A stretch of DNA of 64,000 nucleotides from Paraspadella gotoi (lineage: Eukaryota; Animalia; Chaetognatha), in the NCBI GenBank assembly GCA_051294375.1, contig CM119264.1:3081575-3145574 (forward strand), given 5' to 3'. A program made the translations under genes and the position numbers. Positions within the stretch are counted from its first letter, which is position 1. Each line of letters opens with the position of its first letter. Of the stretch, positions 1-45,669 are shown in pieces. The notes below the pieces were generated by a model. The model was not told the DNA's origin. It searched no databases and worked only from the letters and a program-made list of their open reading frames with translations.

Positions 1-2
1 AA

Positions 3-31430
<31,428 letters not shown>

Positions 31431-32327
31431 CCCGGCGCCGTCCTTTTGACTCAGTGATTCATGTCGTTGTCATGTCTGAAATGACTCGGTTCTTTTATCA
31501 TATTGCTATTAGTTATCAGTTACAATATTGTTAGCGTTAATTGTTAATGTTAGCGTCCACTTTTTAATAATCAAGATTTTATTTTTTGTTAGTACGTATT
31601 ATAGTTTTCGGATTCGTTGTTTTAGCTATAAAGTTTATCTACTACTGTCCTGTTCAGATTATAATATTCAAGAAGACAATATTTTGTTACTGTGTATACA
31701 TTATATGTCGTAATTATGAAAATAATTTTTTTTAGTAAACCCAAAGTTTCTTTCATATTGATGGATGATATTTTGAAAAAACAAGTCACGCTTTAATTTA
31801 CAAATTTATTGACAAAAATATATTTTTTCGTGTGATAGTTTTGAAACTACATTTATTAGATACGGGTTTCTTAGATACATGCCATGATTGTACTGTGATC
31901 ATATTATATTCCTCAACTTAATAATACAATTTATTGCGCTTCTTTGTGATTTATTGCTGTATTATTTAAGCTGCGAATTGTTAATCGTGTTGTAAAAGAG
32001 AAAACAGATATTAAATTCGAATAGCAGGTCGGACTTTTGTAATTTATAATAGATTGTAAAAGACTATTTATTTTTCTTTGCACTTGATTCGCTTGGCGGA
32101 TTATCTTGGTTGTTTTCATTGATTAATTTTTGCATAATTTAAATTCTTATCGTTAACTTTGTATAACATTCAGAAAATACGGACTGTACATATATTTTTT
32201 TAATAAAACATATTTTTGTGTTCATCTTTTCACAATCAAAGAAGAAATGAGTAAGAAAATATTGTGTAAATAAAAGGAAAACCAACGAAAATAACTGACG
32301 CTAGACATGAAAGGTCCAGATGAGGAT

Positions 32328-32711
<384 letters not shown>

Positions 32712-33367
32712 TCGTTGAATCATGTGATGCTAGGGTGTCGCTCGATTGAAACAAAAGACACCAACTCAGTTCGATGACTCAGTCAGAGAAATTGATAAAA
32801 CAGTTTACTCATGATAATACAAACTCTTTTTAAAACTTAAATTATGCGAGCTTACGACAACCCGTCATTTCCTCTTCTCTCTATCTTTCGATATCTCCGC
32901 GTCTCGTATCCAGGGGCAACGGATTCTTTGAATCAGACAAGTCCCGTGATTTTTTAATCAAATAGAAAGAAAGAAAAAAAAGAAAAAAAATCTGATTGCG
33001 CTTTTGTTTTTCGTTGATTAAACAAAAAAAAACAAAGGTTTAGTGCAATTGTACAAAAATATCTAACTCTCCCGTAGCTATTAGCATTTTTTTAAAAACT
33101 CTTAACATTATAATATTTCGAATATTTGAATGTACTAAACTTCTAAAGCACTAAAAAAAAGAAAATCCTTTCCTCAACGAACTTTAAACTTTTCGATCGT
33201 CGATCCTCACGTGACACCAAGAACTCATTGCAACGCCCCCACATTAGTCACAACCCGCCGCTGAAAAAAAGAGAAAACATTCCGACAAAATATATACAAG
33301 CTTAATCTGTGATTAACAATAACTCAAAAATATTAATTAATAATAATAAAATAAAACCAAACTAACA

Positions 33368-35107
33368 ATGTCGCCGATGGCGCCGGCCCTCATCCTCTTT
33401 CTCGCGCTTCTTATCATTCCAACGCCGGCGCCGTCTCAAATCGCGCCGATTCCCGGTTTTAGGGGCTTTGACGACGCCGCTTTGGTCGACGCCCACGCCG
33501 CTTTGGCCGACGTGGCTTCGTCGTTCGACGCCGGTGCCGTTTTCTCTTCGAGCGGATTCGACGCCGCGTCTCTGGCGGCGTCGATGCTGCCGACGCCGTC
33601 CGACTTGTCTGACTCCTGCAATTCCGTGATGCAATCTATCCTCTTAGGCTTCATGCTGGACCCGAAATTTCTCACTAAACATCCAGGAATCCTCAACATG
33701 TTCGACTCGTTCGGACGCCCTCGTCACGGGTTCCTCTTGGGCGCCATGCAGCTTATCGGGGGCTTCGACGAATGCCTCAACGTGTCGTTGGCGATGAAGG
33801 ATGTGGAGAGCAACGCCACACGATATTGTCTCTTTCCTTTTGATGCGGGAGATTCTAGCAAAATGGTCCAGGGATCGAGCGGACCCAAGGCTCAGGTGAA
33901 CATTTTCCTAACGGTTAATTCTTAAATTAAAAAAAAAAAAAAATTTGGTGATAATAGACGATTCCGTCTCCATCAATTTATGGTGGACTAAAATCCACCA
34001 ACCGTTCATCAGCGGCCATTGGTGCCGGAGGTTGGTTAAAATTTAAATTTTTAACCGGTTAACCGTCTTTTGAAATAGAATCAACTTTAACGGAATCCCT
34101 ATTCAGGTCAAATCTTCGTGGGGCACTTGCTTCCCGCAGTCTGCAACGACAGCGACGCCTTCATTCTCGCCAACACGGCATGGAAGGCGGCGCTCAAAGC
34201 CGCGGCGTCAAAGGCGCCGCAATTGGCCCTTTTCTCCAACGTCACTCTGGCGCCGGGAAAATGTCAGTGAGCGCCTCGGATCCTCCGGCGCTGGAATGGT
34301 TCGACTTTGTCTTCCTCGTCGTTTTCGGCGTCATCTTCGCTTTGACGTTATTCGCGACTCTTTACGATTACATCTTTCTCGATCTGAAGGTTCAGGATTG
34401 GGGACGGAACACCTTCGTCACTCTGGACGAAAGTGGCGAAGACGACCTTCGCGCGACGAACGATGACGACGACGCCGATTCATCCGCTGCTCAAGTTTCT
34501 TCTCTGCTTCTCCGCTTTGACCAACGGACGGAAAATCCTTTCGCTCGCCGCGACACGTGATTCGGACGTCGCTTGCATCAACGGAATTAGATTTATATCA
34601 CTCACTTGGGTCATAATGGGTCACGCGTACGGACTCTTGATCGGAATCGTACAAAATATCGCGTACGGATTCGTCACGATGTCGACGAGGATTTCGTTTC
34701 AACCGATTTTGAATGGAACTTTTTCCGTGGACACGTTTTTCGTTTTGAGCGGATTCTTGACGGCGTGAGTTAATTACGTTTTTTTTCTTTTCTTTTCTTT
34801 TCCTATCTTTTCTGTCTTGACTTGTCTTGTCTTGTCTTGTCTTGTCTTGTCTTGTCTTGTCTTGTCTTGTCTTGTCTTGTCTTGTCTTGTCTTGTCTTGT
34901 CTTGTCTTGTCTTGCCTTGTCTTTTATTTTTTATTTACTTATTCATTTACTCAATGATTATTTAATCTATTATTAATTGATTGATTGATTGATTGATTGA
35001 TTAATTTCAAATCATTTCACCCAAATCCAGCTACTTATTCTTCAAACGATTCGGCGGCAAAGAGACTCCAGCTCGTTCCATCCCCAAAACGGTTGGCAAG
35101 ATGTACC
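33368..35107 (+). CDS. NRF-6/OACYL-like acyltransferase, copy 1 (exons 33368-33895, 34107-34764, 35031->35107; cut by gap; indels in exon 2)
   Basis: Signal peptide MSPMAPALILFLALLII; NRF domain motifs MFDSFGRP..G.L.G....IGGFDECL and RYC; acyltransferase-3 motifs CINGIRFISLTWVIMGHAY and NGTFSVDTFFVLSGFL. Confidence 0.8.
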
Positions 35108-35132
35108 NNNNNNNNNNNNNNNNNNNNNNNNN
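35108..35132. other. Assembly gap (25 N)
   Basis: Direct reading. Confidence 1.
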
Positions 35133-35820
35133 AACTCAGTATTCCGCGATAGTCTACTAGTCAGAGTAATTTGATTAAAACGTATACCTAACTCTATTCT
35201 TGGACTAAGTACTAACTCATTTAATAAAACCCTTTTATATAGTTGCTCGCGCTTGAACCCTGGCGAAAGTGTGTGCGTCAGCTCTCAACTTGACTAACAT
35301 AATGCGATGGTATCTCTCCCGCGTCGTTAGGAGTCGCGCACCAACAAACGGAGTAGTGTTCTCGTTTGGAAATCAGAGACTTATGAGGGAAGTCCCGTGA
35401 TTTTTTAATCAAATAGAAAGAAAGAAAAAAAAGAAAAAAAATCTGATTGCGCTTTTGTTTTTCGTTGATTAAACAAAAAAAAAACAAAGGTTTAGTGCAA
35501 TTGTACAAAAATATCTAACTCTCCCGTAGCTATTAGCATTTTTTTAAAAAACTCTTAACATTATAATATTTCGAATATTTGAATGTACTAAACTTCTAAA
35601 GCACTAAAAAAAAGAAAATCCTTTCCTCAACGAACTTTAAACTTTTCGATCGTCGATCCTCACGTGACACCAAGAACTCATTGCAACGCCCCCACATTAG
35701 TCACAACCCGCCGCTGAAAAAAAGAGAAAACATTCCGACAAAATATATACAAGCTTAATCTGTGATTAACAATAACTCAAAAATATTAATTAATAATAAT
35801 AAAATAAAACCAAACTAACA

Positions 35821-38414
35821 ATGTCGCCGATGGCGCCGGCCCTCATCCTCTTTCTCGCGCTTCTTATCATTCCAACGCCGGCGCCGTCTCAAATCGCGCC
35901 GATTCCCGGTTTTAGGGGCTTTGACGACGCCGCTTTGGTCGACGCCCACGCCGCTTTGGCCGACGTGGCTTCGTCGTTCGACGCCGGTGCCGTTTTCTCT
36001 TCGAGCGGATTCGACGCCGCGTCTCTGGCGGCGTCGATGCTGCCGACGCCGTCCGACTTGTCTGACTCCTGCAATTCCGTGATGCAATCTATCCTCTTAG
36101 GCTTCATGCTGGACCCGAAATTTCTCACTAAACATCCAGGAATCCTCAACATGTTCGACTCGTTCGGACGCCCTCGTCACGGGTTCCTCTTGGGCGCCAT
36201 GCAGCTTATCGGGGGCTTCGACGAATGCCTCAACGTGTCGTTGGCGATGAAGGATGTGGAGAGCAACGCCACACGATATTGTCTCTTTCCTTTTGATGCG
36301 GGAGATTCTAGCAAAATGGTCCAGGGATCGAGCGGACCCAAGGCTCAGGTGAACATTTTCCTAACGGTTAATTCTTAAATTAAAAAAAAAAAAAAAAATT
36401 TGGTGATAATAGACGATTCCGTCTCCATCAATTTATGGTGGACTAAAATCCACCAACCGTTCATCAGCGGCCATTGGTGCCGGAGGTTGGTTAAAATTTA
36501 AATTTTTAACCGGTTAACCGTCTTTTGAAATAGAATCAACTTTAACGGAATCCCTATTCAGGTCAAATCTTCGTGGGCACTTGCTTCCCGCAGTCTGCAA
36601 CGACAGCGACGCCTTCATTCTCGCCAACACGGCATGGAAGGCGGCGCTCAAAGCCGCGGCGTCAAAGGCGCCGCAATTGGCCCTTTTCTCCAACGTCACT
36701 CTGGCGCCGGGAAAATGTCAAGTGAGCGCCTCGGATCCTCCGGCGCTGGAATGGTTCGACTTTGTCTTCCTCGTCGTTTTCGGCGTCATCTTCGCTTTGA
36801 CGTTATTCGCGACTCTTTACGATTACATCTTTCTCGATCTGAAGGTTCAGGATTGGGGACGGAACACCTTCGTCACTCTGGACGAAAGTGGCGAAGACGA
36901 CCTTCGCGCGACGACGATGACGACGACGCCGATTCATCCGCTGCTCTCAAGTTTCTTCTCTGCTTCTCCGCTTTGACCAACGGACGGAAAATCCTTTCGC
37001 TCGCCGCGACACGTGATTCGGACGTCGCTTGCATCAACGGAATTAGATTTATATCACTCACTTGGGTCATAATGGGTCACGCGTACGGACTCTTGATCGG
37101 AATCGTACAAAATATCGCGTACGGATTCGTCACGATGTCGACGAGGATTTCGTTTCAACCGATTTTGAATGGAACTTTTTCCGTGGACACGTTTTTCGTT
37201 TTGAGCGGATTCTTGACGGCGTGAGTTAATTACGTTTTTTTTCTTTCTTTTCTTTTCCTATCTTTTCTGTCTTGATCTTGCTTGTCTTGTCTTGTCTTGT
37301 CTTGTCTTGTCTTGTCTTGTCTTGTCTTGTCTTGTCTTGTCTTGTCTTGTCTTGTCTTGTCTTGTCTTGTCTTGCCTTGTCTTTTATTTTTTATTTACTT
37401 ATTCATTTACTCAATGATTATTTAATCTATTATTAATTGATTGATTGATTGATTGATTGATTAATTTCAAATCATTTCACCCAAATCCAGCTACTTATTC
37501 TTCAAACGATTCGGCGGCAAAGAGACTCCAGCTCGTTCCATCCCCAAAACGGTTGGCAAGATGTACCTTCATCGATACCTTCGGCTTACGCCCTCCGTCG
37601 CCTTTTTGATGATGGTCTACGTGACCCTGATCCCAATGATGAGTTCGGGTCCCTTTGGCGGCGGCATTTCCACCAAAGGCACTTGCTCCAAATGGTGGAT
37701 GAACATGCTCTACATCAACAACATGGACCAAGATGCCATGAATTGCGTCGGCCATGTTTGGTGGGTGAATTTTTGGTTTAAGAGGTGGTTTTAGTGAGGA
37801 CATAATGTTTATGATGATGTATAAATGGCTGAGGGAGTTCAGTTATACATAAGTTTAGACTAAGCCATAATAACAGTTATCTATTTTTTATTGTGATTAA
37901 AATGAGATTAGAAGACAGTGACAATATTCACAATTTACAGAAGGGATTAGAAAAAGGTCTTTGAATATAATCTCTTTCGAACTCCTTCCAGGTATTTGGC
38001 GAACGACATGCAGTTCTTCATCTTATCTCCTCTTTTTCTCTTCGCTTTAAAATTCCACCGAATCCTTGGCTTCGCCGTTGTCGGCTTATTTTGGTCGGCC
38101 AGTCTGGCCGCCACATTCGCCATTGCCTATGTAAACGACGCTAGCGCTCTCACTCTTGGCTTGACCGACACCATGCAAATAATTTACGTGAAGCCATGGT
38201 GTCGGATAGGCCCATATTTGGCCGGCATCGTCGCTGGCTATTTCTTGTACGAATTCCAACGCGACAAACGGCGAATCAGATGGTGGTGGTCCCTTTGCGG
38301 TTGGGCATTGTCGGCGGCGTTGGCTTTGGCCGTCATCTACGGTCTCACGGATTACGACGTTAATATGACGTCACCTGCAAAGGCCGCCAATGTTATTTAC
38401 TTGACGTTTACCAG
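35821..38414 (+). CDS. NRF-6/OACYL-like acyltransferase, copy 2 (exons 35821-36348, 36562-37220, 37491-37760, 37992-38414; last exon lost at gap)
   Basis: Near-identical to copy 1; adds YLHRYLRLTP, C.GH.WYLANDMQFF and YVKPWCRIGPYLAG motifs typical of NRF-6-like proteins. Confidence 0.8.
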
Positions 38415-38619
38415 GTTTGTAATTTATCCAGGAAGAAAATAATTTGATAATTTATATTGACTAATGTTTTTTTTAGTGTTGTTGTGAGGGGGAGTTCCTA
38501 TAGAAATATTTGCATTTGTTTCAAAACACTTTCATTTACAGTTTCATCTTGTTTAAAAAAAATAATCATATGAACTTTTAAATTATATTTATTTGAAGTA
38601 TTCGTTTTATTTTTTTTAG

Positions 38620-38656
<37 letters not shown>

Positions 38657-38681
38657 NNNNNNNNNNNNNNNNNNNNNNNNN
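38657..38681. other. Assembly gap (25 N)
   Basis: Direct reading. Confidence 1.
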
Positions 38682-39370
38682 AACTCAGTATTCCGCGATA
38701 GTCTACTAGTCAGAGTAATTTGATTAAAACGTATACCTAACTCTATTCTTGGACTAAGTACTAACTCATTTAATAAAACCCTTTTATATAGTTGCTCGCG
38801 CTTGAACCCTGGCGAAAGTGTGTGCGTCAGCTCTCAACTTGACTAACATAATGCGATGGTATCTCTCCCGCGTCGTTAGGAGTCGCGCACCAACAAACGG
38901 AGTAGTGTTCTCGTTTGGAAATCAGAGACTTATGAGGGAAGTCCCGTGATTTTTTAATCAAATAGAAAGAAAGAAAAAAAAGAAAAAAAATCTGATTGCG
39001 CTTTTGTTTTTCGTTGATTAAACAAAAAAAAAACAAAGGTTTAGTGCAATTGTACAAAAAATATCTAACTCTCCCGTAGCTATTAGCATTTTTTTAAAAA
39101 ACTCTTAACATTATAATATTTCGAATATTTGAATGTACTAAACTTCTAAAGCACTAAAAAAAAGAAAATCCTTTCCTCAACGAACTTTAAACTTTTCGAT
39201 CGTCGATCCTCACGTGACACCAAGAACTCATTGCAACGCCCCCACATTAGTCACAACCCGCCGCTGAAAAAAAGAGAAAACATTCCGACAAAATATATAC
39301 AAGCTTAATCTGTGATTAACAATAACTCAAAAATATTAATTAATAATAATAAAATAAAACCAAACTAACA

Positions 39371-42175
39371 ATGTCGCCGATGGCGCCGGCCCTCATCCTC
39401 TTTCTCGCGCTTCTTATCATTCCAAGCGCCGGCGCCGTCTCAAATCGCGCCGATTCCCGGTTTTAGGGGCTTTGACGACGCCGCTTTGGTCGACGCCCAC
39501 GCCGCTTTGGCCGACGTGGCTTCGTCGTTCGACGCCGGTGCCGTTTCTCTTCGAGCGGATTCGACGCCGCGTCTCTGGCGGCGTCGATGCTGCCGACGCC
39601 GTCCGACTTGTCTGACTCCTGCAATTCCGTGATGCAATCTATCCTCTTAGGCTTCATGCTGGACCCGAAATTTCTCACTAAACATCCAGGAATCCTCAAC
39701 ATGTTCGACTCGTTCGGACGCCCTCGTCACGGGTTCCTCTTGGGCGCCATGCAGCTTATCGGGGGCTTCGACGAATGCCTCAACGTGTCGTTGGCGATGA
39801 AGGATGTGGAGAGCAACGCCACACGATATTGTCTCTTTCCTTTTGATGCGGGAGATTCTAGCAAAATGGTCCAGGGATCGAGCGGACCCAAGGCTCAGGT
39901 GAACATTTTCCTAACGGTTAATTCTTAAATTAAAAAAAAAAAAAAAATTTGGTGATAATAGACGATTCCGTCTCCATCAATTTATGGTGGACTAAAAATC
40001 CACCAACCGTTCATCAGCGGCCATTGGTGCCGGAGGTTGGTTAAAATTTAAATTTTTAACCGGTTAACCGTCTTTTGAAATAGAATCAACTTTAACGGAA
40101 TCCCTATTCAGGTCAAATCTTCGTGGGCACTTGCTTCCCGCAGTCTGCAACGACAGCGACGCCTTCATTCTCGCCAACACGGCATGGAAGGCGGCGCTCA
40201 AAGCCGCGGCGTCAAAGGCGCCGCAATTGGCCCTTTTCTCCAACGTCACTCTGGCGCCGGGAAAATGTCAAGTGAGCGCCTCGGATCCTCCGGCGCTGGA
40301 ATGGTTCGACTTTGTCTTCCTCGTCGTTTTCGGCGTCATCTTCGCTTTGACGTTATTCGCGACTCTTTACGATTACATCTTTCTCGATCTGAAGGTTCAG
40401 GATTGGGGACGGAACACCTTCGTCACTCTGGACGAAAGTGGCGAAGACGACCTTCGCGCGACGGACGATGACGACGACGCCGATTCATCCGCTGCTCTCA
40501 AGTTTCTTCTCTGCTTCTCCGCTTTGACCAACGGACGGAAAATCCTTTCGCTCGCCGCGACACGTGATTCGGACGTCGCTTGCATCAACGGAATTAGATT
40601 TATATCACTCACTTGGGTCATAATGGGTCACGCGTACGGACTCTTGATCGGAATCGTACAAAATATCGCGTACGGATTCGTCACGATGTCGACGAGGATT
40701 TCGTTTCAACCGATTTTGAATGGAACTTTTTCCGTGGACACGTTTTTCGTTTTGAGCGGATTCTTGACGGCGTGAGTTAATTACGTTTTTTTTCTTTCTT
40801 TTCTTTTCCTATCTTTTCTGTCTTGACTTGTCTTGTCTTGTCTTGTCTTGTCTTGTCTTGTCTTGTCTTGTCTTGTCTTGTCTTGTCTTGTCTTGTCTTG
40901 TCTTGTCTTGTCTTGTCTTGTCTTGTCTTGCCTTGTCTTTTATTTTTTATTTACTTATTCATTTACTCAATGATTATTTAATCTATTATTAATTGATTGA
41001 TTGATTGATTGATTGATTAATTTCAAATCATTTCACCCAAATCCAGCTACTTATTCTTCAAACGATTCGGCGGCAAAGAGACTCCAGCTCGTTCCATCCC
41101 CAAAACGGTTGGCAAGATGTACCTTCATCGATACCTTCGGCTTACGCCCTCCGTCGCCTTTTTGATGATGGTCTACGTGGACCCTGGATCCCAATGATGA
41201 GTTCGGGTCCCTTTGGCGGCGCAATTTCCACCAAAGGCACTTGCTCCAAATGGTGGATGAACATGCTCTACATCAACAACATGGACCAAGATGCCATGAA
41301 TTGCGTCGGCCATGTTTTGGTGGGTGAATTTTTGGTTTAAGAGGTGGTTTTAGTGAGGACATAATGTTTATGATGATGTATAAATGGCTGAGGGAGTTCA
41401 GTTATACATAAGTTTAGACTAAGCCATAATAACAGTATCTATTTTTTATTGTGATTAAAATGAGATTAGAAGACAGTGACAATATTCACAATTTACAGAA
41501 GGGATTAGAAAAAGGTCTTTGAATATAATCTCTTTCGAACTCCTTCCAGGTATTTGGCGAACGACATGCAGTTCTTCATCTTATCTCCTCTTTTTCTCTT
41601 CGCTTTAAAATTCCACCGAATCCTTGGCTTCGCCGTTGTCGGCTTATTTTGGTCGGCCAGTCTGGCCGCCACATTCGCCATTGCCTATGTAAACGACGCT
41701 AGCGCTCTCACTCTTGGCTTGACCGACACCATGCAAATAATTTACGTGAAGCCATGGTGTCGGATAGGCCCATATTTGGCCGGCATCGTCGCTGGCTATT
41801 TCTTGTACGAATTCCAACGCGACAAACGGCGAATCAGATGGTGGTGGTCCTTTGCGGTTGGGCATTGTCGGCGGCGTTGGCTTTGGCCGTCATCTACGGT
41901 CTCACGGATTACGACGTTAATATGACGTCACCTGCAAAGGCCGCCAATGTTATTTACTTGACGTTTACCAGGTTTGTAATTTATCCAGGAAGAAAATAAT
42001 TTGATAATTTATATTGACTAATGTTTTTTTAGTGTTGTTGTGAGGGGAGTTCCTATAGAAATATTTGCATTTGTTTCAAAACACTTTCATTTACAGTTTC
42101 ATCTTGTTTAAAAAAATAATCATATGAACTTTTAAATTATATTTATTTGAAGTATTCGTTTTATTTTTTTTAGGG

Positions 42176-42230
<55 letters not shown>

Positions 42231-42645
42231 TTGTTTATAAATTTCTTATTTAAAAATTTGAAATTTATTAAAAATTATTGTAACGTATTTAACGTAATTA
42301 AAGTATTTCATTCCCCCTCCCCCCCCAAAAAAAAACAGATCCGTATGGGGCATCGCTGTCTCTTGGGTCATCTTCGCCTGCGCCCTCGGAAGCGGCGGTC
42401 CAATCAACACCGCCCTCTCTTGGATCCTCTTCGCTCCTTTGAGTCGCGTCAACTACGCCGCTTATCTTTATCACATTCTCGTCCTCGTCGTCGTCGCTCA
42501 AAACATGCGCGACACCTTCGTCTTCAGCGACGCCATCTACGTTTGCGTTTATTTGGGGCTTTTGTTGCTTAGTTACGGAGTCGCGTTCGTCGCCTCCGTC
42601 GTTTTTGAATCTCCGTTCATCGCGATGGAAAAACTCGTTTTTTGA
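39371..42645 (+). CDS. nrf-6: NRF-6/OACYL-like acyltransferase-3 membrane protein, complete 5-exon copy (39371-39898, 40112-40771, 41047-41319, 41550-41971, 42339-42645) with several 1-bp indels, probably sequencing errors
   Basis: All family motifs present, ending RSVWGIAVSWVIFAC..G.GGPIN..LSW..FAPLSRVNYAAYLYH...FESPFIAMEKL-stop; most indels differ between the three copies. Symbol indicates family resemblance, not proven orthology. Confidence 0.85.
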
Positions 42646-42689
42646 GGGAAGAGATCGAACGACAGATCTCGACTTTTAAGAGCGATTTA

Positions 42690-43639
42690 CCATGATGGAA
42701 AAAAAAAGTGTCGCGGTTTGGAAAAACCAGTTAATTTTATTGTCAATACATTTTTGGCTAATAAATAAGTTTTAATAGGTAATATGACCTCCCTAAGACT
42801 GAATAAAATGATTATTTCTTAACAGCATTAAATTATTCAATGCATTCAAATACTTCCAAAAGAGGTTGTCTTTAACAGTTTTCATTTCTTTTTGATTAAG
42901 AGAACTACTCATATTATTATTAAAATTATATTTCTGACATAATATTTTTCATCAGATTTGGGGCAAAAAATGGTCCTTAGCAAGCAGTGAAAAAGATTGA
43001 TCCTCTATAAAGTAAACCAGGCCTGAGTTATTGCTGCATAATATGATAATTCATTGTCTTTCACTTCAACAAAATCTTTATTTTTTTATTTTTGGACTTG
43101 TTTGATACTTGATTCTGATAATACATCCAAAGGTAAAAAAAAAAGATAACTGCTTACAAAAAGGTTACCCGGAACCTTATAACTTTTATTGATACTTTAT
43201 AATTTAAAAAAAATATTCTGTAACATCTACAGCATCAATATATTTTTAATATTGCTTTTTTTTACATATGAATTAAGATTCATCCCTGAATCTATCCTAA
43301 TTGAGATAATGCAATAACCATTTGACATAAGACTGAAAAAAGGCAGGGATTTTTAATAGTATTGGTTAAACTCAAAAAATAATAAAAAGAACCGGAAATG
43401 AGTAAAAATAAAAAGTATAGATATAAAAAAAATTAAAATAAAGGAAGCATTTTTTTGGACAACGCATTTTTTTTTACATGGAACTCCTGTATTTTTTGTC
43501 ATACATGAATGAGACACAGCTTATATAAATCACAAAAGGCCAAAATTTCTTGATATTTAAATTTTATTTTTCGATTCTTACATTAAAATAACGAAAAATA
43601 ACTGGAAAGTAACCGCGACACTTTTTTTTTCCATCATGG
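42690..43639. mobile_element. Non-autonomous TIR element (MITE-like), 950 bp, TA target duplication
   Basis: TA|CCATGATGGAAAAAAAAAGTGTCGCGGTT at left; AACCGCGACACTTTTTTTTTCCATCATGG|TA at right; no ORF inside. Confidence 0.85.
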
Positions 43640-44787
43640 TATTGAGAATTCATATTCTGCCTTTAATTGTTTCAATTGTTACTATTATTTTTTTTACAAC
43701 TGCTACGTAGTTTCCAAACATTGGATCCGTAGACTCGCTACCAAGGATGAGCTGAATAAAGGCAGGAGGGACTGGATGGGTACTTAAAAAAGAATTATTT
43801 TAAGGGAAAGTAAAAATATATAATCGTTTCAGGTCAATTAAATTTTAACTCAGCATAGCTTTCTTCTCATATTATTGCATAATCAGTATAAAGCCTCAAT
43901 CTAAATGAGACGCTTATGACAAAAACAACAACTAATTAAATCCCTAATCAAAACTGCTTTTTACCAAAGTTTACCGGGATCACTGATTTTTGACGATTTT
44001 ATGTACTATTGAAAATGTTTGAGAATAAAATAATAGAAAATAATTTTAAATATAGTACTAAAGGTTTTTTTTGTTTATATTTAAAAAAAAAACTTTTAAC
44101 ATTCCTTCTCACAGCCAGTCAGTTAAATTTGCTTTCCTAGTTTCACTCTCGCAAAAAGCGTTCCTTTTACACATGGTTACTTAACAGGTCTTATTGTTGT
44201 CTATTGCACGCAATAACATCCATAAGTGACCACGTGACACACTCAGTACACATTGAAAAATATGGCACATAATCTTTCTTTCTAGTATTAACTTGTAATG
44301 ATCAGTAATACGAGAGTTATTTTCATTGATTTTCTGGTCATGTGCTTGAATTTTACTCTGGTGACTAGACATGTATTACAGTGAACTTCTTAAGTAACAG
44401 ATTTTGAAAAAAGAACTGGTGTGGCGGTATATTTACACCGCCACACATCTACCATCATTCAGCCAATCCCATTGGCTCAGAGGGGAAAAGGGCCGTCCCA
44501 AGCGTTGACATTCCATCCCCAGTCCTAATGACTTCCCTCTGCATTGGCAAAGCGAGACTGTCCTAGGGTAACCGCGCCAGTGACAAGAGGCGTCACTGAC
44601 GATGGGCATCCTCCAAAGCCAACAGTGAGTTGCCCCATCCCAATGGGCATCACAGGCAACCCGCCTGCCTCCATACTGGTTACCTTTGTGTGTGAACTGT
44701 GATTAGCTTACACAAAAGTCAGCGGGAGTTTTTATCATCTGCCATATGCATGATTAATGGTGCTATAGAACACTTTCACCGCATCTA

Positions 44788-45669
44788 TTCCAAATCAAAA
44801 TTAATGTATTGGAATGATCGTCCCATCATTGAATATTCTATTTTTCATGATCCAAGTAAAAGGATAGATATAATGTCAGAGGGCAACGCCCTTATCTCCA
44901 TGACATCTCTTTCTAAAGTAAAAAACAAAAAAACTTTCTTTCGTTTATAATTTTTAGCAAAGATTCAATTAGTTAGTTTGCTAACTTTTTTACTAATAGG
45001 AAAGTAGAAATTTCTTAACTAAGCTAAAAAAAAAAACAAGAACGGTAATTCCAATGTGTTGTGCCACAGTGACTTTATTTTCATGTGTAATTCACTTTGA
45101 TCACATGATATGACATGAAATGTCATGACGAAAAAACTTTCATGACATGCACTGCATCAAAATTATGTCTTCTATTTTTTATAGTTTTAGGAATTCCTGC
45201 TTTAGCAGTCCCTTAGATTAGAGGTTTTTTCTGTCTTAATAAATGAGCAACCAGCTATAGGCAAATTATATGCATTTTTAATGTTAGTGGGGTTGACCAA
45301 TGGACAGACATGCCAACAGACTGACAAACTGACTGACGGACTGACAGATCAACCGAAAAGTAACATGCTTCGTGACTATTAGCGGCGCAACTAAAAATGA
45401 AAAAAGAAACTGACACCCGAAAGAATTAATTTCAGAAAAATAAGGACAACGACAAGAGTTAAGATATAAGAAGTTTAAGATATAGAGTTGCAAAAATCTT
45501 AGTCATTTTTGTCCGAGATGGAAAACGTTTTTCTTTTTTTTTTCTGTTAAAAATGTTTTTACAAGTGGTTGATGTTGTAACTTTTGGTCAGACACTAAAA
45601 TATTATCTTGGTCATCCAAATTTTTTTGTTTGAAAATATTGGCTGGATTTGAGTCATCAATTTTGTTAT
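44788..45669 (-). repeat. Dispersed repeat; diverged inverted copy at 60029-60887; contains a GTCY-type microsatellite (DINE-1/Helentron-like)
   Basis: e.g. tattggaatgatcgtccc (44807) vs gggacgatcattccaata (60851); gcggcgcaactaaaaatga vs tcatttttagttgcgccgc. Confidence 0.85.

Noticed and set aside
33368-42645. NRF-6-like copies as true pseudogenes or programmed frameshifts
   Set aside because: Indels mostly differ among otherwise identical copies and cluster at homopolymers; sequencing error is more parsimonious.
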